From an uncultured delta proteobacterium (lineage in GTDB: Bacteria > Desulfobacterota > Desulfomonilia > UBA1062), in the NCBI GenBank assembly GCA_963798485.1, contig CAWCTR010000014.1, positions 96,001 to 160,000 of the forward strand: a DNA stretch of 64,000 nucleotides, given 5' to 3'. Both the position numbers and the translations under genes were made by a program. The notes below the pieces were generated by a model, which had not been told where the DNA came from, did not search any database, and saw only the letters and a list, made by a program, of their open reading frames with translations. Below, one piece after another: positions 40,835 to 51,648 of this stretch (position 1 is its first letter; the number at the start of each line of letters is the position of its first letter).

Positions 40835-41998
40835 TCAAAAGTTGCGGCCGTATTTATCGTGGGATGAAACCCAATGTTTTCCAAGTATTGCGGCCATAAG
40901 AGAGAGCTCACCGCATAACGCCGTTGCAGCGACGATTTCTGTCAGTTTCTTCGCTGTGTCTTTTCCTACGCAGCCCATAATACTCCGATATTCAGTCTGG
41001 GTCGGAAGACCGGTACCCCCTCCGTATGTTCCTACGATAAGTGACGGGATGGTAAGGGAGTAATAGTAGCTGTTGTCAGGGAGCAGGTCTGCATAAAGTA
41101 TGGCGGCTGATGATTCGGCAAGATTGGCGACATCCATCCCGCACGCTATAAACATTGCAGTAATACCGTTCGAGGAGTGGAGACCGTTATTATTTGTACC
41201 TGCGAGGATCGATCCGGTATTGACGATATTTCTCATTCGCAATAACTCACTAGGGGGCATGGTACTCATATTGGTGATGGCTTCGGCCGGAATGGTAACC
41301 TCAGCAATAACCCTCTTGCCCCTTGGGTGGTAAAAATTCATGTATGAGTGCTTTTTATCGGTATCGATATTCCCGGAGAGGATATAGTTTTTTATGTCGG
41401 GATTAATACTCTTGATCCATTCACTGACGGCAAAGGTGGCTTTTCCTACCATATTCTGCCCGGCAGCGTCCCCGGTTAAATAGTTGAAGCGGGTATAGAT
41501 CATATTCCCAACCGCATATTGCTCGATATCCTTCAAGGTGCAGAAGGGGTCGGTAGCCTCCGCCTTTGCCTTGATCTCCGCAAAGTTATCTTTCAGCCAC
41601 TGTCCGAACTTCTGCGCCTCCCTGGCGCTCGCAAAAGAGAAAACCGGTGCTCTCTGCATGGCCTCGTCGACGATTGTCGTGGTTATCCCTCCGGATTGGC
41701 GGCTGAGCCTCATCCCGCGATTATAACTTGCCACAAGCGTCCCCTCCGTTGTCGCCAGAGGGACATAAAATTCTCCTTTCGCATACTGGCCATTTACTTT
41801 CAGAGGACCGGCCAGTCCCACGGGGATCTGGGCGACACCGATAAAGTTTTCAAGATTGTTTTTCAGAATCTGCGGATCGAAGGAATAATTACAAGCATGT
41901 TTAAGTTCAACGCCCGTCTCCTTTTTAATAAATTCCCGCCTTGCTGCTGCCATTTCATTTGTGTAATTGTTCTCTTCCGATCTTGGAATCTTACTCAT
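40835..41998 (-). CDS. Class I HMG-CoA reductase (second paralogue, catalytic domain only)
   Basis: ENFIG, TTEGTLVAS, DAAGQNM, SGNIDTDKK, GTYGGGT, GELS, C-terminal His. Start ATG 41998 after AAGGAGG. Confidence 0.9.
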   Translation of the reverse strand: MSKIPRSEENNYTNEMAAARREFIKKETGVELKHACNYSFDPQILKNNLENFIGVAQIPVGLAGPLKVNGQYAKGEFYVPLATTEGTLVASYNRGMRLSRQSGGITTTIVDEAMQRAPVFSFASAREAQKFGQWLKDNFAEIKAKAEATDPFCTLKDIEQYAVGNMIYTRFNYLTGDAAGQNMVGKATFAVSEWIKSINPDIKNYILSGNIDTDKKHSYMNFYHPRGKRVIAEVTIPAEAITNMSTMPPSELLRMRNIVNTGSILAGTNNNGLHSSNGITAMFIACGMDVANLAESSAAILYADLLPDNSYYYSLTIPSLIVGTYGGGTGLPTQTEYRSIMGCVGKDTAKKLTEIVAATALCGELSLMAAILGKHWVSSHDKYGRNF

Positions 41999-42453
41999 TG
42001 CACCCTCCTTCAATATGCTGATTTTTAATTATCTTCTCATAAATATGGATATTAATTATTAACATATGATATATATCTATATTAACTATTATTGTCAAGA
42101 AAAATTGTAGCGCATTTGCCGCTATTTGCTGTACATCGAAGAATGGAATATAAGGAAAGGTGAAAAAATGCAGGCGTGACCTGAATTCGAACCTATGCCC
42201 CAGAGCAAGGAATATATGATATTATAAGCATCATCTCTGAGATATGGAACGCAGCCAGAAAAGAAGCAGGCTTCGGCTATCTGAAGCTCTACAACTGCAC
42301 AAGGCATATATTCGCTACTCTAATGAGACAAGGCGGTATGAACAAAGCTGACATCAAGATTTCATGCGCCATTCTGATATAAAAATGACTGACAGATATG
42401 ACCATTCATCGGTTATAAGATTAGCCTCACAAGTTGATATTAGGTAACAAAAT

Positions 42454-42476
42454 TGGTGGGCCGCGTAGGATTTGAA
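42454..42476 (-). mobile_element. att site: 23-bp copy of a tRNA 3' end marking the island boundary
   Basis: Minus strand TTCAAATCCTACGCGGCCCACCA is T-loop, T-stem, acceptor arm and CCA, with no 5' half. AT-rich DNA begins right after it. Confidence 0.75.
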
Positions 42477-42729
42477 GTTTTGATTCACCTCATCCAGCCT
42501 TATTCTGGGGGCTATATGGGACAATGTCGGGATAATTTTTTTAATAATTTTAAAATAATTGTGAGCAAAAAACAGATGAATGTGATCAGAGTTATGAAAA
42601 ATTGAAGCAAATAAAATAGGAACATAAAAATTGATTGAAAATATTGAGAATGAAAATGGTTGATAATGAGAAATAACACGCATTGTATAATTTATAGGAA
42701 AAAAATGAAGGAGAGCATCTATTAATATT

Positions 42730-44075
42730 CAGTAATGTCCGGTTAGGATTTTGCATAAACCCTTAATATATTGGTTCATCGTATTCGTTTTGTTTTGGTG
42801 AAAAAAATGCATCCGTGTGCAGATATCTCTTGACATATCGGGCACATAGGGAGGCGATTTTTCTGTAACTATCTATTATTACGGAGGAATTGCTCATGCC
42901 CTACACGTGGATGCCAGGAAAACCCAAGGAAAAACACAAAACCCACGACACCCTTATGACACCTGTCAACGACATATTGCCCGAAATCACCCCCCTGCTC
43001 TCGGGATGCAACCGACCCTTGAAAATGTCTTTTGAAGATCAGCTGAACATCTTGGTGTATTTCCATCTGGAAGAACACCATTCAGGACGTCACCTCCTAC
43101 AGGTTCTGAAGGAAGAACATTTTGCCCGGCAGCACATCGCACCCGTGGGCGGTATTGAAAAGAGCAGCTTCTTCGAGGACATCAGCTCACGTGGGTTGGA
43201 GCAGATGATAGAAATGTTCGGGAAGCTCTATGCAAAGGCTGCTAAACATTTACCCAAGGGACATGCTGAGTTAGGAGCTCTGGTCCTTATCGATGGTTCC
43301 CTGATTGATGCTGTGTTGTCCATGTACTGGGCCGACTACCGCAATGGCTCGAAAAAGGCCAAGGTTCATATCGGTTTCGATCTCAATTGCGGCATTCCCA
43401 AAAAAATATTCCTCACCGACGGCAAAGAGGCGGAACGGCCTTTTGTCGAGAGGATTCTGGCTCCGGGGGAAACAGGCGTCATGGATCGAGGCTACCAGAG
43501 CCATAAGCTCTTTGACACCTGGCAAGCTGACGGCAAGCATTTTATCTGCCGGATCAAAGCCTCCACGGATAAAATTGTCGTAAGAACGAATGACGTTCAA
43601 CTCGACAGTATAATCTTTTACGACGCCGTAGTTCTTCTTGGGACACCCGGTATCAATCGGACAGAAAGGGAACTCCGGCTGGTCGGCTATCGGGTAGCGA
43701 ACGTCAATTACTGGATAGCCACCGATCGCCACGATCTCACAGCCGAACAGATTGCCTCCGCTTATAAGCTCAGGTGGAACATCGAGATCTTCTTCGGCTG
43801 GTGGAAACGACATCTGAAGGTTTACCACCTTATTTCAAGGAGCAAATACGGATTGATGGTCCAGATGCTGGCCGGACTGATCACCTATATCCTCCTAGCC
43901 ATCTACTGCCATGACCACCATCGGGAAAAGGTTTCCGTCAAACGTCTTCGGGAAATATCCATCAATATCCACAACGAAATGAGTATCGAGGATATTGTAA
44001 ATCAAACCGGAGCCTGGTACTATCAACCGCCAAACAAGGATCAATCACATGCAAATCCTTAACCGGACATCAATG
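42730..44075 (+). mobile_element. IS4-family insertion sequence
   Basis: Imperfect terminal IRs CAGTAATGTCCGGTTAGG / CATTGATGTCCGGTTAAGG. 9-bp target duplication ATTAATATT at 42721-42729 and 44076-44084. Confidence 0.92.
42890..44062 (+). CDS. IS4-family DDE transposase
   Basis: IDGS, MDRGY, YKLRWNIEIFF..WK (YREK motif). Confidence 0.93.
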   Translation: MLMPYTWMPGKPKEKHKTHDTLMTPVNDILPEITPLLSGCNRPLKMSFEDQLNILVYFHLEEHHSGRHLLQVLKEEHFARQHIAPVGGIEKSSFFEDISSRGLEQMIEMFGKLYAKAAKHLPKGHAELGALVLIDGSLIDAVLSMYWADYRNGSKKAKVHIGFDLNCGIPKKIFLTDGKEAERPFVERILAPGETGVMDRGYQSHKLFDTWQADGKHFICRIKASTDKIVVRTNDVQLDSIIFYDAVVLLGTPGINRTERELRLVGYRVANVNYWIATDRHDLTAEQIASAYKLRWNIEIFFGWWKRHLKVYHLISRSKYGLMVQMLAGLITYILLAIYCHDHHREKVSVKRLREISINIHNEMSIEDIVNQTGAWYYQPPNKDQSHANP

Positions 44076-44619
44076 ATTAATATTAACTTAAGAAATATGA
44101 CGCTTAAATAATTGTTGGAGATAATAATTGCAAATAAAACCTACTGATAATGGGAAAATAAAGAGATAAATATGATGAGAAAAACACTATAAAAATTTAT
44201 GATGAAACAGAATTGATGAAAGAAATACTCATAATTATTTTAATTTGAAAAATATAACAAAAAATAACTATTTGAGATAATCGAGATAGATAAACCTGAC
44301 GCTTAAATCTGACATTAAATCTGACGCCTAAAACTTACACTTATTAAAATTTAAATGAATGAAAACAAGATGAGAGCGAGCAAACTTTTATTTAAAAACG
44401 AGCAATGCCCCAGCAGTGCGCAGGCTTCCGGTGTTGAGTTTAAAATAAAAGTAAAAAAATATTGCGCACTATATTTGAGAAAAAAGGCAATTGATAGCCT
44501 TGATGGAATCGGTTTCTGAAAATTATAAATAATATAAAGTGAAATTAAATGATTAAAATTAATTATGTATTTGTAGAAACAAAAGTAAAAGAAATAGTTA
44601 CTAAGGAGGAATTATTTAA

Positions 44620-45120
44620 ATGAGTAATTTATCATTTTCACGAATTGACGAAATTGAGCCTGTACAATTTCATTTAAAAGATGAAATTGAATCCTGGTGG
44701 AAGGAATACCAATTTGATGCCTTTATTTCGTTAAGCATCGATAATCAGTGGTTAAATGTCCCTTCAATAAATAGAAAATTAATTAGGTGGGTAAGAAAAA
44801 TTCAAGAAATAGAAAAAATTCAGATTGCTTATATGGGTGTAATTTCAAAACATAGGGGACATTCTAGAAAACATATTCATCTCCTCATGGTTGCAAAAAA
44901 TCGATACGGTAAATTACTGAAAAACTGTGACCTAGATAATTTCAAGAAATCTTGGGACTCATGTGCCAATATTCAATTTATTTATAATTATGAGGGCATT
45001 GTCAGATATCTTTGTTATAAAAATATGGGCTGTACTTACGAATTGATAACTCCATATAACATGAAATTGCTTAAAGCTATTTCTGTTAATCATAAGCAAA
45101 AAGATCAATTATTTCATTAA
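44620..45120 (+). CDS. Small HUH endonuclease / rolling-circle Rep-like protein
   Basis: AAGGAGG RBS; FISL (motif 1), KHIHLLM (HUH), GIVRYLCYK (Tyr motif). Confidence 0.55.
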   Translation: MSNLSFSRIDEIEPVQFHLKDEIESWWKEYQFDAFISLSIDNQWLNVPSINRKLIRWVRKIQEIEKIQIAYMGVISKHRGHSRKHIHLLMVAKNRYGKLLKNCDLDNFKKSWDSCANIQFIYNYEGIVRYLCYKNMGCTYELITPYNMKLLKAISVNHKQKDQLFH

Positions 45121-45615
45121 TTCTGAAATTATTGGTAATAACATCAAAAGGACAGTTTTTAGTTAAAAAATTATGAATTATGATTTTGTATTATTGAAAA
45201 AGAATTGCTATCATCTGATGTTTTCGACATTGTTTGAATGGTATATTTTGTTTAATTATCTAATTCGGGGTAATTTAGAAATTCAATTTAATTCTATGAA
45301 TTCAAAAAATCGTGAATTGCCACTTTTGAGAGTGCATCAGAAATTGTTAAAACAAAGGCCATTAGACTATTTACAGTCATTTTGTGATCATTTTTTGAGA
45401 TTTTTTTGAAACTTCTTAAAGCAGGGCATTTTCCCTGGTCAATTTTCAGTGTTTTTTGCATGAAAAATTGCCCTGAAAAACAATTTGTTGGTGAATTAAT
45501 TCTGAGAAATTCATTTTTGGAAGCATGTTGTGATATATGGTTGGTTCGGTCAAAGATTAACACCTTGATTTTATTTTTGGAATCTCTATTCTTGATTTTG
45601 TTTAGGATTAAATAA

Positions 45616-45646
45616 AAAAGCAGGGCCTGAGATTGACCCTGCTTTT
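45616..45646. terminator. Bidirectional rho-independent terminator
   Basis: AAAAGCAGGG-N11-CCCTGCTTTT downstream of the GT-C gene. Confidence 0.6.
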
Positions 45647-45688
45647 ACAATTTTTTAAATGTAATATTTCCAGTGGATTATATCAAGA

Positions 45689-47404
45689 TCACATTCTAAT
45701 CAGTTCATACAGATAATAATGCTCGTCATGCTGGATAATGTCCCCTTCGAAGCTTATGATCTTCTTCAAGAGATTGTTGCTTGTTAATTTTAGCATGGTT
45801 ACCGGCACTCCATTTGAATCACCCAATTTAAAATTGAGTATTATAAGAATCTTTTTGTTGTAATAATTCTGGAGATAGATGCTCTTTCTGAACAATTCAT
45901 TTAGATCTAGATTAGGGTTTCTATTAACACCCCACTCCATTGTTTTACTGAATTTATTTGTCTGAGGCAGAAAGATCTCTCTGTCTAAAATCACTGCTAT
46001 GGGTACAACTGTAAAATCAGGGCCACCTACTATTACATAATCATTATAATTATTATTTTTGATATAATTAGCTGCATCCCAGGATTTCGTGAATTGATAC
46101 ATAATACCTCTTGGATAAGTTAAAACCCCAGCAATAAACTGAAAGAAAAAAATTATTGTGACAAAGTACAAGGATACAGTATTATCAAATTTTTGATTAA
46201 GAAAATTGGTTGGATTTAATTTATTAAAAATAGGTATTTTAATTTTATCGTCAGAGTACTTGTAAAGCCAACAACAGTAGACAAAGATGATAAATAATAG
46301 ACCCTGATGCCTAATGAAGTAAGCCCCAAAGAAAAAGTTTAAGAAAACATAGTAGATACCGGTATTAAATAGAAATGTAATTAATATTGGTATCTTTTTT
46401 GAAAATATGAATAAACAAATTAAAATAATCAAGATGGCTGTAATAATTGTAAATACATTACCAGATGTTAAAAGGGTATATGCATTATAATATTCAGGAT
46501 AAAACCCAGGAGAAGGAAAAACATTAGTATTCCAGAAGGCTGCACCGTTTGAGAAATCAGGTATAGGAATGTAAGAATTCCAGATTGTCCTTATACTCAT
46601 GAAAAGAGGGGGATGGCCGAGTGACCCAAATTGTTGGGTATTTTGATTACTATATACATATGCATACTGAGAAAAAAGTAAGATGGAACCGACTCCCCAA
46701 ATAACAGCAGAAGCAATTATTTGATTTTTCTCTCTTGGTGTAAATTTATCTGATACGAGACCATTCAGCACATGAATTATAGTATAGAGCGCAAGACTAC
46801 ATGCAAATGTTGCAGAACTGATATTGTGATTTGCTAAAATAATGAGAAGAATGCTGATAACTAAATAATTCTTTCTTTCTCTTGTTAATAAGTAGATTAT
46901 AAGAAATAGCAATAAGATAAAAAAGCCATACCACCTACTAATAATTCCATACTCAAACAACATGAAATAACTAAATGTAAAATGAAATTTTTGAATATTA
47001 TTAAAATTTGAGTATTTGTTGAATATATATATGGCTAATGTGATAATAATTAAATGAAACGACTGAAAAACAGTAAAAGATGGTATAACATTTAATATAA
47101 TATGCAATAAGCCATAATACAGGATCGAATTAAACTCTAGATATCCTTGCGGCCCGTTATATTTGAAAAATCCATTATGTAAAATATTTGTATATACTTC
47201 AAGTTCATCTCTCCATAACAGATGATAATACATTCCAATTATTATCAGTAAAATATACATGAGGGTAATAATTATGGAGAAATAAGTGTTAAAATAACGG
47301 TTAGTAAACTTTAATAAATTCGATTCTGTTATTTTAACCTTTTTAGTATTATTACGAGATGTAGACTTATAATTTGGAATGTTATGTTTAATTTTTGAAT
47401 CCAT
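45689..47404 (-). CDS. Polytopic membrane protein, probable GT-C-fold glycosyltransferase
   Basis: LWRDE acidic motif after the first TM, FEYGIISRWY, many TM helices, C-terminal soluble domain; very AT-rich. Confidence 0.6.
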   Translation of the reverse strand: MDSKIKHNIPNYKSTSRNNTKKVKITESNLLKFTNRYFNTYFSIIITLMYILLIIIGMYYHLLWRDELEVYTNILHNGFFKYNGPQGYLEFNSILYYGLLHIILNVIPSFTVFQSFHLIIITLAIYIFNKYSNFNNIQKFHFTFSYFMLFEYGIISRWYGFFILLLFLIIYLLTRERKNYLVISILLIILANHNISSATFACSLALYTIIHVLNGLVSDKFTPREKNQIIASAVIWGVGSILLFSQYAYVYSNQNTQQFGSLGHPPLFMSIRTIWNSYIPIPDFSNGAAFWNTNVFPSPGFYPEYYNAYTLLTSGNVFTIITAILIILICLFIFSKKIPILITFLFNTGIYYVFLNFFFGAYFIRHQGLLFIIFVYCCWLYKYSDDKIKIPIFNKLNPTNFLNQKFDNTVSLYFVTIIFFFQFIAGVLTYPRGIMYQFTKSWDAANYIKNNNYNDYVIVGGPDFTVVPIAVILDREIFLPQTNKFSKTMEWGVNRNPNLDLNELFRKSIYLQNYYNKKILIILNFKLGDSNGVPVTMLKLTSNNLLKKIISFEGDIIQHDEHYYLYELIRM

Positions 47405-47413
47405 ATATTCTAA

Positions 47414-49352
47414 CCCATCTTCGACAGTTGGTTTAAGAAAGCTTTATGATATTAATAGAATAGGAGGTCATGGCTCGTCTTTGGCACCAGGAATTGCTGT
47501 TATGTGGCAGCCTTTTTTCTTCGCTATTGCACCTGCCTGATCGTGGGCGGCATAGCAACGCCTGCAGCCTGGAATACTTTTCCGCAAGAGCCGGATGTTC
47601 CAGTGCGAATCAGAAATCGCTTACCGTCCTCCTCCAACTCCACCTCGTCCATGTTATCCAGATCCCGAACGATGTCCTTCCACTCCAGAGAATTCGATTT
47701 ATCCGCAAGCCTGCCTATGAGCTCCTTCATAAGGATGAGGGCAAGAAACGAACAGAAGACATGGCCCCGAATCGTCTCATCACGCTTGTGATAGATGGGA
47801 CGGGTAGCAAGAACCGACTTGATGGTGCGGAACAATGACTCCACCATCCAGAGCTGCTTGTACTTCAGCGCCACCTCGGCGGCAGGAAGGTTTGTGTTGG
47901 TACGCAAAACCCACTTCCCATCGTACCTCGCATCCTCCGCCACCTTCTTATCATCGATGGTGAACGACTCTCCTCTGGTCTTCAGATACCGCCGGTAGCC
48001 CTTATTGCCCACCAAGGATTTGTCTCCGGCCTTGAGTTTATCTTGAAGGGATTTCAGAATAGCCTCACGGTCCAATGCATCCTTGGCCGCCTGGTCATCG
48101 TTGTGGCACACGATGTATCGCTTCCCCTCCACAACGACCTCCTTGACCTTCAGGGGGGACGGGTCCTTTGCATGAGACCGCTGCGGGTGAACTGTCTGAT
48201 AGCGTCCTGCCCGCCCCAGCACCTCGATGTCGATCTCCTTGACCCTGCGCATCCTGGCTCCCAGGATGTAAGGGGTTGGGTCTTCCGGGTTCTCCATCCA
48301 AGTAAGCGTTTCCTTCGAGATCATGCCCCGGTCCGCCACCACGCAGGCACGCTCCACACCGAACCGCTTCTTCATCCGCTTTACCACGGGCACCAGTGTG
48401 CTCACGTCCGTGGTGTTCCCCGGCCACATCTCGCAGCATACCGGATTGCCTTCCCCATCCAGAAGCGCTCCTACCACCATTTGCTTCAGGTCAGGACGAT
48501 GATCCTTGCTGTGCCCATACTCTCCGAGGCTCTCTCCTCCTTCTCCCTCAAAATAGATGGAGGTCGTGTCGAAAAACATCATGTCCATGCTCGTGAACAG
48601 ATCCCGGCGTCTGAAGAACAGCTCCTCCTCGATTACATCCTTCACACACCGTGGGGAGAAAGGGACAAGACCATCCTGCTCATCCTCTTCAAGAGGATCT
48701 CCCAGCCATCCCATCGCCCGGTAGAAATGTTGGAGGTCCAATTCATCCGCCCCCTTTATCCGGTATGCCTCTTTCCACTTCTCGCATGCCCGGTCGGAAC
48801 CGGGATTCAGCAACCTATGCAGCACGGTCACGAACACGGCACGCTCCAGGTCGAATCCGAACTTCCTGATCTGAGCATAGCGTTTTATGATCTCTGCACA
48901 TCCGCTCTCGTTCCAGAGTCTCTCGAAAACCATGGGGCCGCCTATCTTCTTCTTCGATACCTCTGCAATTCGTCCTTCCCGGTGGGCGGACAGCACCATG
49001 AGAGATCGAGAATATCGTGCTCCAGATGCCAGCAGTGCGTCCAGGTGACCCGTTTCCCGGAGTTGATCAAGACGGCCGAGAGTCCCTAGGACTCTCTGGC
49101 GGCTTCTGCCTTCTTCCCACTGGTTCTCCACCACCTGCAGGTAGGAGTACCCCTTCGTCTTCTTTTCCCGGAAAAACATGACCGCCTCCTTGTATTTCCA
49201 CTATGGATTATCACCGAATAGCATATCTATGTCAAGCAATATAAATCATTTAGTTGGCACCATGTTTTTCCCGCTGAAAATCACAACCTAGGATTTATGA
49301 GCCTCTACAGGCGCCAAAACCCCATTTTTACCGATTTACTGTAGAAGATGGG
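47414..49352 (-). mobile_element. IS1634-family insertion sequence
   Basis: 15-bp IRs CCCATCTTCGACAGT / CCCATCTTCTACAGT. 5-bp target duplication TCTAA at 47409-47413 and 49353-49357. Confidence 0.92.
47524..49179 (-). CDS. IS1634-family transposase
   Basis: FFDTTSIYFEG, GHSKDHRPDLKQ, VADRGM, YKQLWMVESLFR..K, RPIYH. Confidence 0.94.
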   Translation of the reverse strand: MFFREKKTKGYSYLQVVENQWEEGRSRQRVLGTLGRLDQLRETGHLDALLASGARYSRSLMVLSAHREGRIAEVSKKKIGGPMVFERLWNESGCAEIIKRYAQIRKFGFDLERAVFVTVLHRLLNPGSDRACEKWKEAYRIKGADELDLQHFYRAMGWLGDPLEEDEQDGLVPFSPRCVKDVIEEELFFRRRDLFTSMDMMFFDTTSIYFEGEGGESLGEYGHSKDHRPDLKQMVVGALLDGEGNPVCCEMWPGNTTDVSTLVPVVKRMKKRFGVERACVVADRGMISKETLTWMENPEDPTPYILGARMRRVKEIDIEVLGRAGRYQTVHPQRSHAKDPSPLKVKEVVVEGKRYIVCHNDDQAAKDALDREAILKSLQDKLKAGDKSLVGNKGYRRYLKTRGESFTIDDKKVAEDARYDGKWVLRTNTNLPAAEVALKYKQLWMVESLFRTIKSVLATRPIYHKRDETIRGHVFCSFLALILMKELIGRLADKSNSLEWKDIVRDLDNMDEVELEEDGKRFLIRTGTSGSCGKVFQAAGVAMPPTIRQVQ

Positions 49353-49390
49353 TCTAACCCTGATCATGGTTACTAATTATCTTTACGTAA

Positions 49391-50399
49391 TTATTGAATC
49401 ATCTTATTTTTTAGAGCAAGATTTAGGCTGGAAATGGAAGATATGACATTTTTCCCGATTGCAATGAACGGTTTTTCGATGAAACGATACGAAAGGTACC
49501 CGACTGAATATGAACAGATTAGCACGAACGAAATCATTATCGTGAGCCATTCTAAATGCTTCATGCTTTGAAGGTAAGGGCTATGAAAAAGCATCATACC
49601 AAACGTAGCTATGAAGAAAGGGTGAACAAGATAGACGCTGTACGATACATCGGAGCAGAAAGATATAATTTTGAGCTTAGGGAAGACTCTCAGGAGTTTC
49701 ATAATTGGGTGTTCTATAAACTTGTAGAGAATCATTCCGGCTACAAACCACTGAATTCTGAAGCAGAGCAAAGAAGGTTCAGTAAAGTTGAGATGATTGA
49801 TAAAGATAATAACGGATACAATAAATCCAACAATACAAGCCCACATGGCGCTTTTGATATATCCGAATCTCTTAAATGCAAGGAACAGCAAGGGGAACAG
49901 AAGATAGAACTGCATCTCAAGGCTCAGGCTCCAATCAGGCAGACCAGAAGTATTGCCCCAATCGGGAAGTAGTCCAAACAGGAAGGTAATGTGAAGAAGT
50001 GCGCCCTTGATATTGTACGGATTCATCAAATGATTATTCATCTCAATCCATTGAGTCGTCCAAGGATTAAGATAGCCAAGGATTCTGTACCCTTCGGTAA
50101 GGTAGCTGTTTCCAAGGACAAAGGCTATTGCCAAGAAAAGATAGTATGCAGGGGCTATCCTGAAAAATCTTCTGGTATAGAACTTCAACCAACTTCGGGC
50201 CTCAGACATGGATTCCCTATCGTATCGGGCTGTTACATTCGCTGCCATGAGAAAGCCGCTGATGATCATGAAAAGATCAACGGCTCCCTTGGGGGTCAGG
50301 AATGTATCCTAAGTATCCTCCCCATATAAGACAGTGTGCAAAGATTACCCAAAACGCTGCCAAAGCCCTTAGAAAACTGATAAAAGGATAGTCTTTCAT
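49391..50399 (-). pseudogene. Acyltransferase-3 (OafA-like) O-acyltransferase with +1 frameshift
   Basis: ATG 50399 gives MKDYPFISFLRALAAFWVIFAH. Removing one base from G5 (50291-50295) joins it to GAVDLFMIISGF...RRFFRIAP...WSLSLEMQFY...SYSVYLVH. Confidence 0.85.
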
Positions 50400-50877
50400 A
50401 AATTACCAATAGATTATTTCTATAATCCTATCTATAGATTATTTAAATTTAAATTAAAAATATCTTTTAAAAAGTGAAGATTTCGTGTCAGGCCATACGC
50501 TCTGCCCGTACTGAATATTTCTTTTGATAATTTCATAGGCCTTACGAATAAGAGAAGAGCAACGTTGACAAGAATTACAAATTTCTAAAATATTTGGTAA
50601 ATCAGTCTATGAAATAAGCCCGTCAAAGGCTATGTTTAAATCAACAATATTTAATTCCGAAGGAATATAAGAACCATTATTACATAACTTACGATTAATT
50701 CTATCAGTTAGAATATCAATGCTGAAATTCTAGGCAATTTTAAGATTACTAGAATAATTCTGTTGCTTATATATCGATAAAAAAACGATCTTTGATTGAA
50801 AATATCAAATGAACGCATGTAAAATCCCTATTCACAACTTTTAGGGAAGTCTTGATGAGATGAAGAACTACTTTGCA

Positions 50878-51015
50878 TGTTCCATCAAACGACCGATACA
50901 TGAGACCCCTTCAGTAGTAGTTCCTAACAACGTAAATCCATCATTCATAAGTCTCATAAAACCATCTCATTAATCATTGTCTCATATTGCCGATAAGTGT
51001 ATAATAAATGAGACA
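50878..51015. promoter_or_regulatory. res site and autoregulated sigma70 promoter of the resolvase
   Basis: GTCTCAT/ATGAGAC half-sites at 50900, 50951, 50964, 50978 and 51008. TTGTCT-N17-TATAAT (50977-51005) is overlapped by the TGTCTCAT..ATGAGACA inverted repeat. Confidence 0.65.
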
Positions 51016-51036
51016 CCATAGTGGGAGGATGAGATC

Positions 51037-51618
51037 ATGAAGGGAAAGCTGGTTGGATATGCCAGGGTTTCAACAAATGGACAGGAACTGGCTTTACAAT
51101 TGGATGCTCTGAAGAAGGCAGGGTGTAAGAAGGATCTCATCTTCACTGACAAGGTCAGTGGAGCAAAATCAGAGAGACCTGGTTTGGGTGCCTGTTTAAA
51201 GCAGCTGAAGGAAGGAGATACTCTACTGGTTTGGAGGCTCGATAGACTGGGTAGATCCATGCATCACTTGGTAGAACTTATTGAACAGCTACATAAGAAA
51301 GGAGTCGGTTTCCGATCCATATGTGATGGTCATATAGATACTACAACAGCATCAGGGGAACTGATATTTAACATCTTCAGTTCCTTGGCTCAGTTTGAAC
51401 GTAAGCTTCTTCAGGAAAGAACACGAGCAGGTCTTTCAGCTGCACGAGCCAGGGGTCATGTGGGAGGAAGGAGACCCATCCAGAGTGACAGCCCCAAGGT
51501 AAAGATGGCAAAGAAGATGAACCAGGATAAGAGCATGAGCATTGCTGATATCTGCTCAACACTCCGGATATCCAGAGCTACTCTATACCGGTATGTATCT
51601 CTTCCTGAGACTGCATGA
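51037..51618 (+). CDS. Serine resolvase/invertase (Hin/TnpR-type with C-terminal HTH)
   Basis: GYARVST, VWRLDRLGRS, ERTRAGL..AR.RG..GGRR, ISRATLYRY. Confidence 0.95.
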   Translation: MKGKLVGYARVSTNGQELALQLDALKKAGCKKDLIFTDKVSGAKSERPGLGACLKQLKEGDTLLVWRLDRLGRSMHHLVELIEQLHKKGVGFRSICDGHIDTTTASGELIFNIFSSLAQFERKLLQERTRAGLSAARARGHVGGRRPIQSDSPKVKMAKKMNQDKSMSIADICSTLRISRATLYRYVSLPETA

Positions 51619-51648
51619 AGGCTAATATCTTTCCTAAAGAGTTGTGAA

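Noticed and set aside
42169-42200. GGTTCGAAT on the minus strand as a second tRNA or att remnant
   Set aside because: The T-stem does not pair and there is no CCA end; at best a very decayed scar.
42354-42683. 109-aa minus-strand ORF
   Set aside because: Crosses the att site in AT-rich DNA; no recognisable features.
45173-45615. Short ORFs in the AT-rich spacer
   Set aside because: Overlapping low-complexity ORFs without RBS or motifs.
48043-49089. 348-aa plus-strand ORF
   Set aside because: Antisense to the IS1634 transposase.
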